Shown here one piece after another: positions 16,724-25,367 of a stretch of 32,000 nt of DNA. A program made the position numbers and the translations under genes. The DNA is from Candidatus Saccharimonadota bacterium (GTDB lineage Bacteria; Patescibacteriota; Saccharimonadia; Saccharimonadales; Saccharimonadaceae), in the NCBI GenBank assembly GCA_017460105.1, contig JAFUBS010000005.1:17111-49110 (forward strand). Direction: 5' to 3'. The number at the start of each line of letters is the position of its first letter. The stretch's first letter is position 1. The notes below the pieces were generated by a model. It was not told where the DNA came from and ran no database searches. It was given only the letters and a program-made list of their open reading frames with translations.

Positions 16724-18345
16724 TGAGTATCCTGGATGAGCAGAAGATAAAAATAAAGAAGCGTAACGCTAGAATCTTAAATAGGCCAGCCTGTTCAAAC
16801 TGCGGTGACGAATTGGACGAGCTTCTAGTGTGCAAAAATTGCAAACACCATGAGAGGATGCCAGCTCTAAAAAGAATAGAAATTATACGAAAGAATGGTG
16901 GAAAATTCAAACAACTTTTAGCAGAATACGATATAGATAATTCAAGAACATATGATTATAGTGAAAAATTTGAACGGGACAAAAATCGTACCGGCCTCTC
17001 TGAATCCGTCATTGTCGGCAAATGTAAAGTAAACGGTAAAATTTTTATTACTATACTAATGGAACGATATTTTATGGTTGGTACTTTATCGAAGGCAAAT
17101 GGTGAAAAAATCGCGAAAGCCTTCGAATATGCAACAAAGAGTAATCTTCCTGTTGTGGCTTTCTGCGCTGGAGGCGGAGTGCGTATGCAAGAGGGCGCTG
17201 TGGGCTTAGTACAAATGGCGAAGATTGACGCTACTTTGATGAAATTTCGCAAAAAAGGCCTGCCGTTTATTTCTGTTTTAACGGATCCAACTTATGGCGG
17301 CACTACTGCATCTTTTGGATTAATGGGTGATATAAATATCGCTGAGCCAAATTCCTCAATTGGGTTCGGCGGCAAGATGCTGGTGAAAGACATATTACAC
17401 GAACAGGTTGCTGACGATTTTCAAAGTGCAAAATACGTGTTGAGAAGCGGCGGGCTAGACATGATTTGCGAGCGAAAAGATATATTGAATACAATTATTG
17501 AGCTTTTAGCTATACTAAACAAGAACAATTCAATTAAAGCTGAGAATGAAAAACCAGAATATGACCATGGCAATAAAAAACCAGAAATAGTTCTCCAAAA
17601 TATTAGAAACAACTCTAAAACAGTTGGAATCGATTATCTCTTAAAACTTTTTGACAACCCCATAATATTAAAAGGAGATCGAATTTCTTATGATGATCCA
17701 AGTTTACTCACTGGACTCGGAGAAATATCTGGTATAAAAACAGCTTTCATCATCCAGAATAAAGGCAGAAATCTGAGAGAGAATATAGAGAATAATTACG
17801 GAATGACTAGACCAGAAGGCTTTAGGAAGGCCATTAGAATAGCAAAATTGGCCGAAAGGTTTCACTTGCCCGTTCTGATATTGCTCGATAGTCCTGGGGC
17901 GCATCCTGGAGATGTTGCAGAAAAGAATTGTCAAAGTATTGCCATTTCGGAAAGTATGCTCAATTTACTGGAAACAAAAACACCAATAGTATCAATAGTG
18001 ACTGGAGAAGGTTGTAGCGGTGGTGCATTGGGTTTATCGATTTCGGACGTACTCGCAATGTTTAGTGGAGCAACTTACTCCGTCATATCACCTGAATCCT
18101 ATTCTGCAATTATTTTTAATAAACCCGAAGTCCAGCCAGAATTATTAGCAAACATGAAGTTTACAGCTAAAGATTTATATAACGAGGGATTAGTTGACGA
18201 GATTCTAAAAGAAGGTACATTGGAATATAACACTTTGCAAATAGAGCGCTATTTTGCAGAGTCCTTAGTACGTTTAAGCAAATTTGATATGAAACAATTA
18301 CTTGATAGACGGTATAATAGAATAAGGAACTGGGATAAGCAATGA
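16723..18345 (+). CDS. accDA: Acetyl-CoA carboxylase carboxyltransferase, fused beta-alpha (AccD-AccA) polypeptide
   Basis: The N-terminal C4 zinc ribbon CSNCGDELDELLVCKNCKHH and GGVRMQEGAVGLVQMAK are AccD-like. The C-terminal half, MTRPEGFRKAIRIAKLAERFHLPVLILLDSPGAHPG, is AccA-like. It is one 540-aa ORF. Confidence 0.88.
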   Translation: MSILDEQKIKIKKRNARILNRPACSNCGDELDELLVCKNCKHHERMPALKRIEIIRKNGGKFKQLLAEYDIDNSRTYDYSEKFERDKNRTGLSESVIVGKCKVNGKIFITILMERYFMVGTLSKANGEKIAKAFEYATKSNLPVVAFCAGGGVRMQEGAVGLVQMAKIDATLMKFRKKGLPFISVLTDPTYGGTTASFGLMGDINIAEPNSSIGFGGKMLVKDILHEQVADDFQSAKYVLRSGGLDMICERKDILNTIIELLAILNKNNSIKAENEKPEYDHGNKKPEIVLQNIRNNSKTVGIDYLLKLFDNPIILKGDRISYDDPSLLTGLGEISGIKTAFIIQNKGRNLRENIENNYGMTRPEGFRKAIRIAKLAERFHLPVLILLDSPGAHPGDVAEKNCQSIAISESMLNLLETKTPIVSIVTGEGCSGGALGLSISDVLAMFSGATYSVISPESYSAIIFNKPEVQPELLANMKFTAKDLYNEGLVDEILKEGTLEYNTLQIERYFAESLVRLSKFDMKQLLDRRYNRIRNWDKQ

Positions 18346-19130
18346 AACGAGCGTTTATTTTTACTGGACAAGGAGAAGGACTGGGAATTCATAATCCTCA
18401 GCTAGCCACTTTTTGGATGAGCATTGCTTTAGCGAAAATTTTAATCGCAAATGATATTAAGCCAGATGCGATAGCAGGTCTTAGCCTTGGGGAATATGCG
18501 TGTTTTGTTGTTGCGGATGTTTTTAACGTTGAAGAGCTAGAGCAAATCCTAATATTTAGGCAAAAAATAATGGATGATGCATTAAGAGGCTTAAATACTT
18601 CTATGGTGGCGTGCCTCGGTATGCCGGCAAAAGAAATTGAGAAAATGGCAACGAGGTGCGGTCTTTTTGTTACAAATTATAATTCACCTATGCAAACCGT
18701 AGTCGGAGGAGAAAAGACAAGAATAAAGGAGTTTAAGGATGCTTTCCGGCAATTTAAAAACGCATCGACAATTGATTTGCGAGTAATTGGCGCCTTCCAT
18801 TCCCCATATTTAAATAGTGCCAGTGAAAAGATGAGGAGATTTTTAGATAGCTTTTGCGAGAAAACGCCTACTATACCGATTTATTGTAACTTAACTGGCA
18901 AGAAAATAATCAAAGATGTCAGAGGAGCGATGGTGAAGCATTTAGTAAGCCCAGTACAATTCCAAAGCATTATTGAAAATATGTTGGATGACTCAGTAGA
19001 TGAATTTATCAGCATCGGCATTGGAACTACGCCGGTAAATCTAATTCGTCAAATATACAAAGGAAAGGGGGTTCGAGCTAGAGTAAGGAAAGTTGAGTCG
19101 CTAGAAGATATTGAAAGGATTATAAAATGA
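18342..19130 (+). CDS. fabD: Malonyl-CoA:ACP transacylase (short form)
   Basis: FIFTGQGEG, the active-site AGLSLGEYACF (GxSxG) and GAFHSPYL. 262 aa. Confidence 0.85.
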   Translation: MKRAFIFTGQGEGLGIHNPQLATFWMSIALAKILIANDIKPDAIAGLSLGEYACFVVADVFNVEELEQILIFRQKIMDDALRGLNTSMVACLGMPAKEIEKMATRCGLFVTNYNSPMQTVVGGEKTRIKEFKDAFRQFKNASTIDLRVIGAFHSPYLNSASEKMRRFLDSFCEKTPTIPIYCNLTGKKIIKDVRGAMVKHLVSPVQFQSIIENMLDDSVDEFISIGIGTTPVNLIRQIYKGKGVRARVRKVESLEDIERIIK

Positions 19131-20353
19131 GACGAGTGGTAGTAACTGGGTTAGGTGCGATTACTCCTATTGGCAATAATGCAAAAGACTTCTGGAATAG
19201 CCTAAAGTCTGGCGAAGATGGCATTAGTGTCTTAGATACGGAAGAATTCGCCGAGTCGCCCGTAAAGTTAGCGGCAACTGTCAAAGATTTAGACTTATCA
19301 TCCTTGCCAAAAAGAGATACAAAATTCGATTCGAGATTTACAAATTTTGCGAGAATTGCCGGACGTGAAGCATGGAATGATTCCGGACTAGATATGGCTT
19401 TAGAAGATGCCAGGAAGGTCGGAGTTTATATTTCTACAAGCATTGGTGGACCAGAGACATTGAGTGACGGTGTTAGACAATTAGACACAAAAGGCGCAGC
19501 CAGAATTTCACCATATTTCCTACAATCAGTTTTGCCAAATACGGCCGCAGCAAAAGTATCAATAGATTTAGGTGCTAAAGGGAGTAGTATGTGCCATGTA
19601 GCGGCCTGCGCAAGTAGTGGCATATCAATAGGTGAAGCATTTCTAAAAATCAGAGATGGAGATAATAATATTTTCGTTGCTGGAGCAGCAGATGCATCTA
19701 TAACTCCACTAACCCTCGCCGGCTTCGCCGCAATGAGGGCTATATATACTGGCGAAGACAAAAAATGCGCTTCAATTCCTTTCAATAAAAAGCGTAGTGG
19801 TTTTCTGATAGGAGAGGGTGCTGGTGTTCTAGTTTTGGAAGAGTTATCTCACGCGCTAAAAAGAGAGGCTAAGATATATGCCGAGATTGTAGGATACGCT
19901 AATAATTCGGATGCTTTTAATATGGTATCACCAGACTACGAAGGTCTATCGAGCAAGGATGCTATGTTGGGTGCTATTGCCTGCGCCGAGATTAATCCTG
20001 ACAATATCGGGTATATCAATGCGCATGGCACATCTACGATATTGGGCGACAAAACTGAAGCAAAAGCCATCCGCGAGATATGGAGTAAGGAATGTCCACC
20101 CGTGTCGTCGATTAAGTCACAAATCGGGCACTTGCTTAGCGCTAGCGGTGCAGTAGAGGCCATAGCTACGATATTAATGCTGGGGAGCGGAATTATACCT
20201 GGTAGTACTTACAAGTTGGATCTAGAAGACGACTGTGTCTTGAATATCTCTGAAAAAGAGCGGTTGACCAACGCTAACTATGCTCTATCTAATTCATTTG
20301 GTTTCGGCGGCCATAATGCCTGTCTGGTATTTAAGAAATGGAGCGCGCAATGA
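19127..20353 (+). CDS. fabF: 3-oxoacyl-ACP synthase II (KAS II)
   Basis: RRVVVTGLGAITPIGN, and a catalytic Cys-His-His triad in AACASSG, NAHGTST and GHLLSASG. It ends with FGFGGHNACLVFKK. Confidence 0.9.
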   Translation: MRRVVVTGLGAITPIGNNAKDFWNSLKSGEDGISVLDTEEFAESPVKLAATVKDLDLSSLPKRDTKFDSRFTNFARIAGREAWNDSGLDMALEDARKVGVYISTSIGGPETLSDGVRQLDTKGAARISPYFLQSVLPNTAAAKVSIDLGAKGSSMCHVAACASSGISIGEAFLKIRDGDNNIFVAGAADASITPLTLAGFAAMRAIYTGEDKKCASIPFNKKRSGFLIGEGAGVLVLEELSHALKREAKIYAEIVGYANNSDAFNMVSPDYEGLSSKDAMLGAIACAEINPDNIGYINAHGTSTILGDKTEAKAIREIWSKECPPVSSIKSQIGHLLSASGAVEAIATILMLGSGIIPGSTYKLDLEDDCVLNISEKERLTNANYALSNSFGFGGHNACLVFKKWSAQ

Positions 20354-20874
20354 AAAGAATTGTTCTAGAAAGCATCAATAGCACCAATGATCATGCAGAA
20401 AAAATAGCAGACAAAACGCATGAAAATATTCTAATCATTGCAAAATCCCAAACGAATGGGCGCGGGCAGTTCGATAGGAAATGGTTTTCCGAACCAAATA
20501 AAAGTATTACTCTTAGTTTCCTGTTGAAAAACAAAAGTGGAGACAAAAAGTTAAGGAAAGATGCTTTAGAACACATACCAGTTATCATTTCTAAAAAGCT
20601 AAATGAACTATACGGCGTAAATTCCAAAGTGGTTTTACCGAATGATATCAAGATTAATAATAAAAAAGTCTGTGGTATTTTGATTGAGGCGCATTTTAAG
20701 GCAGATACACTAGAATATGTCGTAGTAGGAGTAGGGATTAATCTTAATAATGATGATTTTCCGGATGACATAAAGTCGATTGCGACATCTATCAAATTAG
20801 AGATAAAAAAAGATTCAGATGCGGACATTCTCACGGATAAATTAGAGGGGGCCATAGAGGGACTATATGACTAG
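20350..20874 (+). CDS. birA: Biotin-[acetyl-CoA-carboxylase] ligase, minimal catalytic-domain form
   Basis: GRGQFDRKW (GRGRxGRxW-type) and LPNDIKINNKKVCGILIE. There is no HTH domain and the C-terminus is very short. I chose the start at 20350 because it makes an ATGA overlap with fabF and has GGAG 6 nt upstream. The track start is 20338. Confidence 0.8.
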   Translation: MKRIVLESINSTNDHAEKIADKTHENILIIAKSQTNGRGQFDRKWFSEPNKSITLSFLLKNKSGDKKLRKDALEHIPVIISKKLNELYGVNSKVVLPNDIKINNKKVCGILIEAHFKADTLEYVVVGVGINLNNDDFPDDIKSIATSIKLEIKKDSDADILTDKLEGAIEGLYD

Positions 20875-22435
20875 GGCGAATAATTTCTCTGCGATGATTT
20901 CTGAAAGTGTCCAAAAATATGGGCAGAAAACTTTCTTTGTCGGCGAAAAGTTTTCAAAGACCTATGAGGATTTTTATAACGATATCCAAAGTTTGTCAGG
21001 TTACTTTATGGATAATAGTTTAGCCGGTAAAAAGATTGGTATTTATGCGTCTAATTCCTATAATTGGCTATTACTATTCTTTGCCGTGGCTGCTGGCGTT
21101 GGAACAATAGTGCCACTTGATAAAGAGCTGCCAGAAAAAGAGCTCGCATTATCTGCTAAGCGTATCGGTTTGGATTTTATTTTCTATGATAATTTAACGA
21201 AAGACAAAGTAAATTGTCTTCCTAAAAATATCCATGCAGAACATATAAATAAAATAGACGATATCATCAGGGAGACGCCAAATCGTAAAGCCAAAAAAGC
21301 GTCGAAACGCGAATGCGCCGCACTATTTCTAACTTCCGGCACAACGTCCAAATCCAAAATTGTTATGCTATCCGAAAAGAATCTAGTTTCCTGTGCCTAT
21401 TCTTCAGCCACCGCTTTTAAGCTAAAATCCACGGATAGGTATTATACAATTTTGCCACTCCATCATACGCTTACTCTAATGTGTGCAGTGTTGGTGCCTA
21501 TTACCAATGGATGCTCGATTTGTTTTAGCAAAAATATTAAAGACATGCAGAGAGAAATGTGCTTTTACCAGCCAACTGCACTAGTTGTGGTACCGAGGCT
21601 GCTCGAATACATTATGAATAATATAAAACTCACAGCTAAGAAAACACACAAAGAAAAGGCTCTGCAAAAACTAATTTTTATATCAAGAGGAGCGAGACTA
21701 TTACATATTGATATAAGAAAGCCCTTGTTCTCTAGTATTCACGCCAGATTTGGAGGCAAGATTCGCATGATCGCTTGTGGTGGAGCAGAGCTAGACCAAA
21801 GGGTTTTTAACTTCCTGGACGATTTAGGATTTAATATTTACCAGGGATACGGGTTGACGGAGAGCTCACCGATTTTAACCATTCGCGGAATGTTTGTAAA
21901 AAGTAAAATTGGCGTCGGTAGGCCGCTAAATGGCGTACATCTAAAAATAGCCAATCCAGATGCGGCTGGTATTGGAGAAATTATTGCCAAAGCTCCACAA
22001 GTTATGTTGGGTTATTATGATGATAAAAAAGCTACAGAAGATGTTTTAAAGAATGGTTGGCTCTACACGGGTGATTTAGGCAGGATAAGAAATGATGGTA
22101 ATCTAGAAGTAGTTGGTAGAAAGAAAAACGTCATTGTGACCAGCAACGGTAAAAACATCTATCCAGAGGAACTAGAAACACTGATTAATTATAGCAACAT
22201 AGTTAAAGAGAGTATCGTAAATGGAGTTCAAAAGAAATCCGGCTTACAAATTATCGCTACGATAGTACCAGAAGATAAAAACCGGAAAGATAAGTCTCTC
22301 GACAGCAAAATAAGTAAACTTATTAAAGATATAAATGCAGAATTACCGGATTATAAACGTATCAATAAATACATAATCAAGAAAGATGAATTCGAGAAAA
22401 CCACTACATTAAAGATAAAGAGAGGAGCAAAATGA
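20867..22435 (+). CDS. AMP-dependent acyl-CoA/acyl-ACP synthetase (FadD/Aas-like ANL enzyme)
   Basis: ANL motifs LFLTSGTTSKSKIVMLS, YQGYGLTESSP, GWLYTGDLG and ...TLKIKR. Confidence 0.85.
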   Translation: MTRANNFSAMISESVQKYGQKTFFVGEKFSKTYEDFYNDIQSLSGYFMDNSLAGKKIGIYASNSYNWLLLFFAVAAGVGTIVPLDKELPEKELALSAKRIGLDFIFYDNLTKDKVNCLPKNIHAEHINKIDDIIRETPNRKAKKASKRECAALFLTSGTTSKSKIVMLSEKNLVSCAYSSATAFKLKSTDRYYTILPLHHTLTLMCAVLVPITNGCSICFSKNIKDMQREMCFYQPTALVVVPRLLEYIMNNIKLTAKKTHKEKALQKLIFISRGARLLHIDIRKPLFSSIHARFGGKIRMIACGGAELDQRVFNFLDDLGFNIYQGYGLTESSPILTIRGMFVKSKIGVGRPLNGVHLKIANPDAAGIGEIIAKAPQVMLGYYDDKKATEDVLKNGWLYTGDLGRIRNDGNLEVVGRKKNVIVTSNGKNIYPEELETLINYSNIVKESIVNGVQKKSGLQIIATIVPEDKNRKDKSLDSKISKLIKDINAELPDYKRINKYIIKKDEFEKTTTLKIKRGAK

Positions 22436-23523
22436 ATAAACATAGGTTTGCCGTCCTCATACCAGCACGTAATGAAAGCGCAGTAATTAAGCAATTATTA
22501 GACTCACTGCATTCACAAGAGTATCCTCAAAAAGATATCGATATTTTTGTTATTGCCGATAACTGCACTGATGATACGGCGAAAATAGCCGAGCAGAACG
22601 GTGCGATAGTTTATCTACGAAAGAACAACAAGCAAATTGGAAAAGGATATGCTTTAGATTATCTACTTAATAAAATTTGGAAAAATTATCCTAATCGCAG
22701 ATACGATGCCTATATTATTTTTGATGCCGACAATCTAGTAGACAAAAATTTCATTACAGAAATCAATAAGGTTTATTCAGATGGGTACGATATAGTATCA
22801 CCATACCGAAATTCAAAAAACTATGGTTCGAGTTGGTTATCTGCAACTAGTAGTATCTACTTCTTGTATCATTCAAAATTATTTCGTCACAGATTTAATA
22901 ATGGTATTAATTGTGCGACGCTGGGAACTGGTTTCCTGATTAGCCATAACGTTATAGAAAGATATAACGGATGGAAATTCTTTACACTTGGAGAAGATGC
23001 CGAGCTTTCAATGCGTGCAGTAAAAGACGGTTTCAAAATTGGATACGCTGACGAGGCGATTATTTACGACGAGCAACCCGTCACATTTATAGATTTTTGG
23101 AGACAGAGACTACGCTGGGTTAGGGGGCACTTGCAGGTAGCCAAAATCTATGGTAATTCGCCCGCTACCACGACATTCGATCCATTAGCTATCGCGACAA
23201 TCTTAGAATTTTTATCACTATTATCCATACTAGCCATTTCTATCTTTAGCATAACTACCGCAGCAAACTTATGGCCATATATACTCCTGGCAATAACTAT
23301 GCTATATATACCAACCTTTATTATAGGGATACGTACTATAATGACCGAAAAGAGTAAAATTCATGCAAAAACCATAACAAAATACACCTATGTAATATTT
23401 TTCCCACTGATGATCCTCCTGTTTATATTTGCCGCCATCATGGCATTGTTTAGCTGTGATAGAAAAGAATGGCACAGCATAAGCCACAAAGGTAAGTATT
23501 TAAACGAGCTAGATAAAGCATGA
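22432..23523 (+). CDS. Glycosyltransferase family 2 with a C-terminal multi-pass membrane domain (processive-synthase-like)
   Basis: FAVLIPARNES...VIADNCTDDT, DxD in IFDADN, and a QxxRW-type RQRLRW. The C-terminal ~120 aa is hydrophobic (several predicted TM helices). Confidence 0.85.
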   Translation: MNKHRFAVLIPARNESAVIKQLLDSLHSQEYPQKDIDIFVIADNCTDDTAKIAEQNGAIVYLRKNNKQIGKGYALDYLLNKIWKNYPNRRYDAYIIFDADNLVDKNFITEINKVYSDGYDIVSPYRNSKNYGSSWLSATSSIYFLYHSKLFRHRFNNGINCATLGTGFLISHNVIERYNGWKFFTLGEDAELSMRAVKDGFKIGYADEAIIYDEQPVTFIDFWRQRLRWVRGHLQVAKIYGNSPATTTFDPLAIATILEFLSLLSILAISIFSITTAANLWPYILLAITMLYIPTFIIGIRTIMTEKSKIHAKTITKYTYVIFFPLMILLFIFAAIMALFSCDRKEWHSISHKGKYLNELDKA

Positions 23524-24680
23524 AAAAAATAGTCTTCTTCTCTACTCCCGCTTTTGGACATATTCTTGCAGAAGAGCCAATTATCAGTGCGTTGGTCAAG
23601 AAAGGTTATTCCGTAGACTGGTATTCGTCAAAACGTTTTAGCGGAATTATTAATAAGAGTGGCGCCAATTTTATTCCGTATAAAGCTGATTTTGATTCAT
23701 ATTACGATCTGGCCACAGTAACAAAAGATTTCTATATTTTAATGGAAACGATAATAAGTATAAGCCGCGATTGTTTTTTGGAATACAATGAAAAAATACG
23801 ACAAAAAAAGCCAGACCTGATTCTCTACGATTCAATGTGTGCCTTTGCAAAAAATATTGCCAAATCTCAAAATATTCAGTCTGTATGCTTATGTTCGACA
23901 ATGGCGTTCAATCTTTTAACATCAATTGGCACATGCTTAGCATTTCCTATTGTGAAGTTGGGGGTCACTCGTTGCTTTGATATCTTGAAAATAATTATAA
24001 CAGAACGACGATTCCGAAAACAGCATAATCTACCCCACTTAAGCCTTATCGATTTATATATTAATCGCGGAGATCTGACGTTGGTTTTGTCGCCGCGAGA
24101 ATTTCAGCCATTTGCTTGGTCCTTTCCGAAAAGTTTCAAATTTGTTGGTGCTACCGTAAAAGACAAGCACTGTATGCTCAGTCGTAACTATGGCAAATAT
24201 GATATTTATATTTCTATGGGTAGCATTTTTACAGAAAATGAAATGCTACTAAGGCGAATCTGCGACTCCGAAGAATTCAAAAATAAAAAAACGATTATTA
24301 ATGTCGGAAAATTGAAAATCAAAAACAATCATAGAAATATAAAACTTGTAGAATACACCGATCAGCTTTCATTACTAAAAAGCACCGGCCTATTTATTAA
24401 TCACGGTGGCATTGGCAGCGTCTACGATAGTATCTACATGCAGGTTCCGCAAATTTGCATACCTCAACAGGAAGAACAGCGTATGGTAGCAAAGAATGTT
24501 CATAAAAAACGGGTCGGAATTTATGTTAAGCATTTCAACCCGAAAAAAATTAATATATACATGAAAAAGCTCGAAAAAAATAGCCAGAATATTTCAAAAT
24601 ATTCTACACTATTAAGAAATACCGACGGAACGGAAAACGCCGTATCAGAAATAGAAAAAATAATCGGAAACACAAAATGA
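23520..24680 (+). CDS. Glycosyltransferase family 1, MGT/UDP-glycosyltransferase-like
   Basis: The N-terminus is KIVFFSTPAFGHI. The C-terminal nucleotide-sugar signature is FINHGGIGSVYDSIYMQVPQICIPQQEEQ. Confidence 0.75.
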   Translation: MKKIVFFSTPAFGHILAEEPIISALVKKGYSVDWYSSKRFSGIINKSGANFIPYKADFDSYYDLATVTKDFYILMETIISISRDCFLEYNEKIRQKKPDLILYDSMCAFAKNIAKSQNIQSVCLCSTMAFNLLTSIGTCLAFPIVKLGVTRCFDILKIIITERRFRKQHNLPHLSLIDLYINRGDLTLVLSPREFQPFAWSFPKSFKFVGATVKDKHCMLSRNYGKYDIYISMGSIFTENEMLLRRICDSEEFKNKKTIINVGKLKIKNNHRNIKLVEYTDQLSLLKSTGLFINHGGIGSVYDSIYMQVPQICIPQQEEQRMVAKNVHKKRVGIYVKHFNPKKINIYMKKLEKNSQNISKYSTLLRNTDGTENAVSEIEKIIGNTK

Positions 24681-25201
24681 AAATTTATTTTATAAAAACT
24701 GACAATAATGCAGAAAAACTTTCTAGTGTATTATTTCCCTTAATCTATAAGAGGGAAGCCAAAGAGAGCATCGACATCCCATATCAGCAAATCAAACGGA
24801 ATCAATATGGTAAGCCGTTGCCCATACAGGGCATTTATTACAATATTAGCCATACTAAAAAGATGTGGTGTATTGTATTTTGTGACAGTCAGTGTGGAAT
24901 CGATATTGAGAAATCGAAAGATATTGACGAACGTATTAAAAGAAGAATCTTGTCTAAAAACGAAAAAATTATAGGGGGGAATATCCTGAATAATTGGGTC
25001 ATAAAAGAAGCTTATGGCAAATATCTAGGCCTTGGTCTTAATATTGATTTTCGCGATATATCCACAAACGATATTATGGAGCATGAAAATGTCACCAATC
25101 TATCTACAAACGACTATGTTTGTTTTGTTGTTTCAAAAATACCATCCGATATTGAAGTGACTTATTTAAAAGAAGAGGATTTAGTCAAAGCTGGTTGTTG
25201 A
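24677..25201 (+). CDS. 4'-phosphopantetheinyl transferase, Sfp-type (short)
   Basis: QYGKPL, NISHT, CGIDIEK and WVIKEAYGKYLGLG are the PPTase motifs. 174 aa. It is the last gene of the overlapping chain. Confidence 0.8.
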   Translation: MKIYFIKTDNNAEKLSSVLFPLIYKREAKESIDIPYQQIKRNQYGKPLPIQGIYYNISHTKKMWCIVFCDSQCGIDIEKSKDIDERIKRRILSKNEKIIGGNILNNWVIKEAYGKYLGLGLNIDFRDISTNDIMEHENVTNLSTNDYVCFVVSKIPSDIEVTYLKEEDLVKAGC

Positions 25202-25367
25202 TAAAAGCATTCAATGCTTCTCTGATCCCACATTCTGGGCAAATCTTGGTTTTGTTGTCTTTGCGCGATAGCGCAGGGTAATCTAAATAATATTTTCCGC
25301 ATTTAGGGCATTTGCGGCGCTTCTGAGCGGCTTTTGAGCTAGAGTAGGGCGTTTTACTGTATTTCAT
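25185..25367 (-). CDS. Small zinc-ribbon protein (60 aa)
   Basis: Two CxxC pairs (CPKCG...CPECG) and a basic N-terminus. It has an ATGA overlap with the upstream 99-aa ORF, and it overlaps the PPTase 3' end by 17 nt in convergent orientation. Confidence 0.55.
   Translation of the reverse strand: MKYSKTPYSSSKAAQKRRKCPKCGKYYLDYPALSRKDNKTKICPECGIREALNAFINNQL

Noticed and set aside
9543-25201. Reading the cluster as a standard type II fatty-acid synthase (fab) operon
   Set aside because: No FabG, FabZ/FabA or enoyl-ACP reductase homolog is present. The cluster also includes three glycosyltransferases, two adenylases, an MBL hydrolase and a PPTase, which a fab operon does not contain.
25205-25219. 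Palindrome aagcatt-c-aatgctt at the cargo's right boundary as an att or operator site
   Set aside because: It is short, lies inside the zinc-ribbon coding sequence, has no second copy at the left cargo boundary, and the 1-nt spacer rules out an RNA hairpin.
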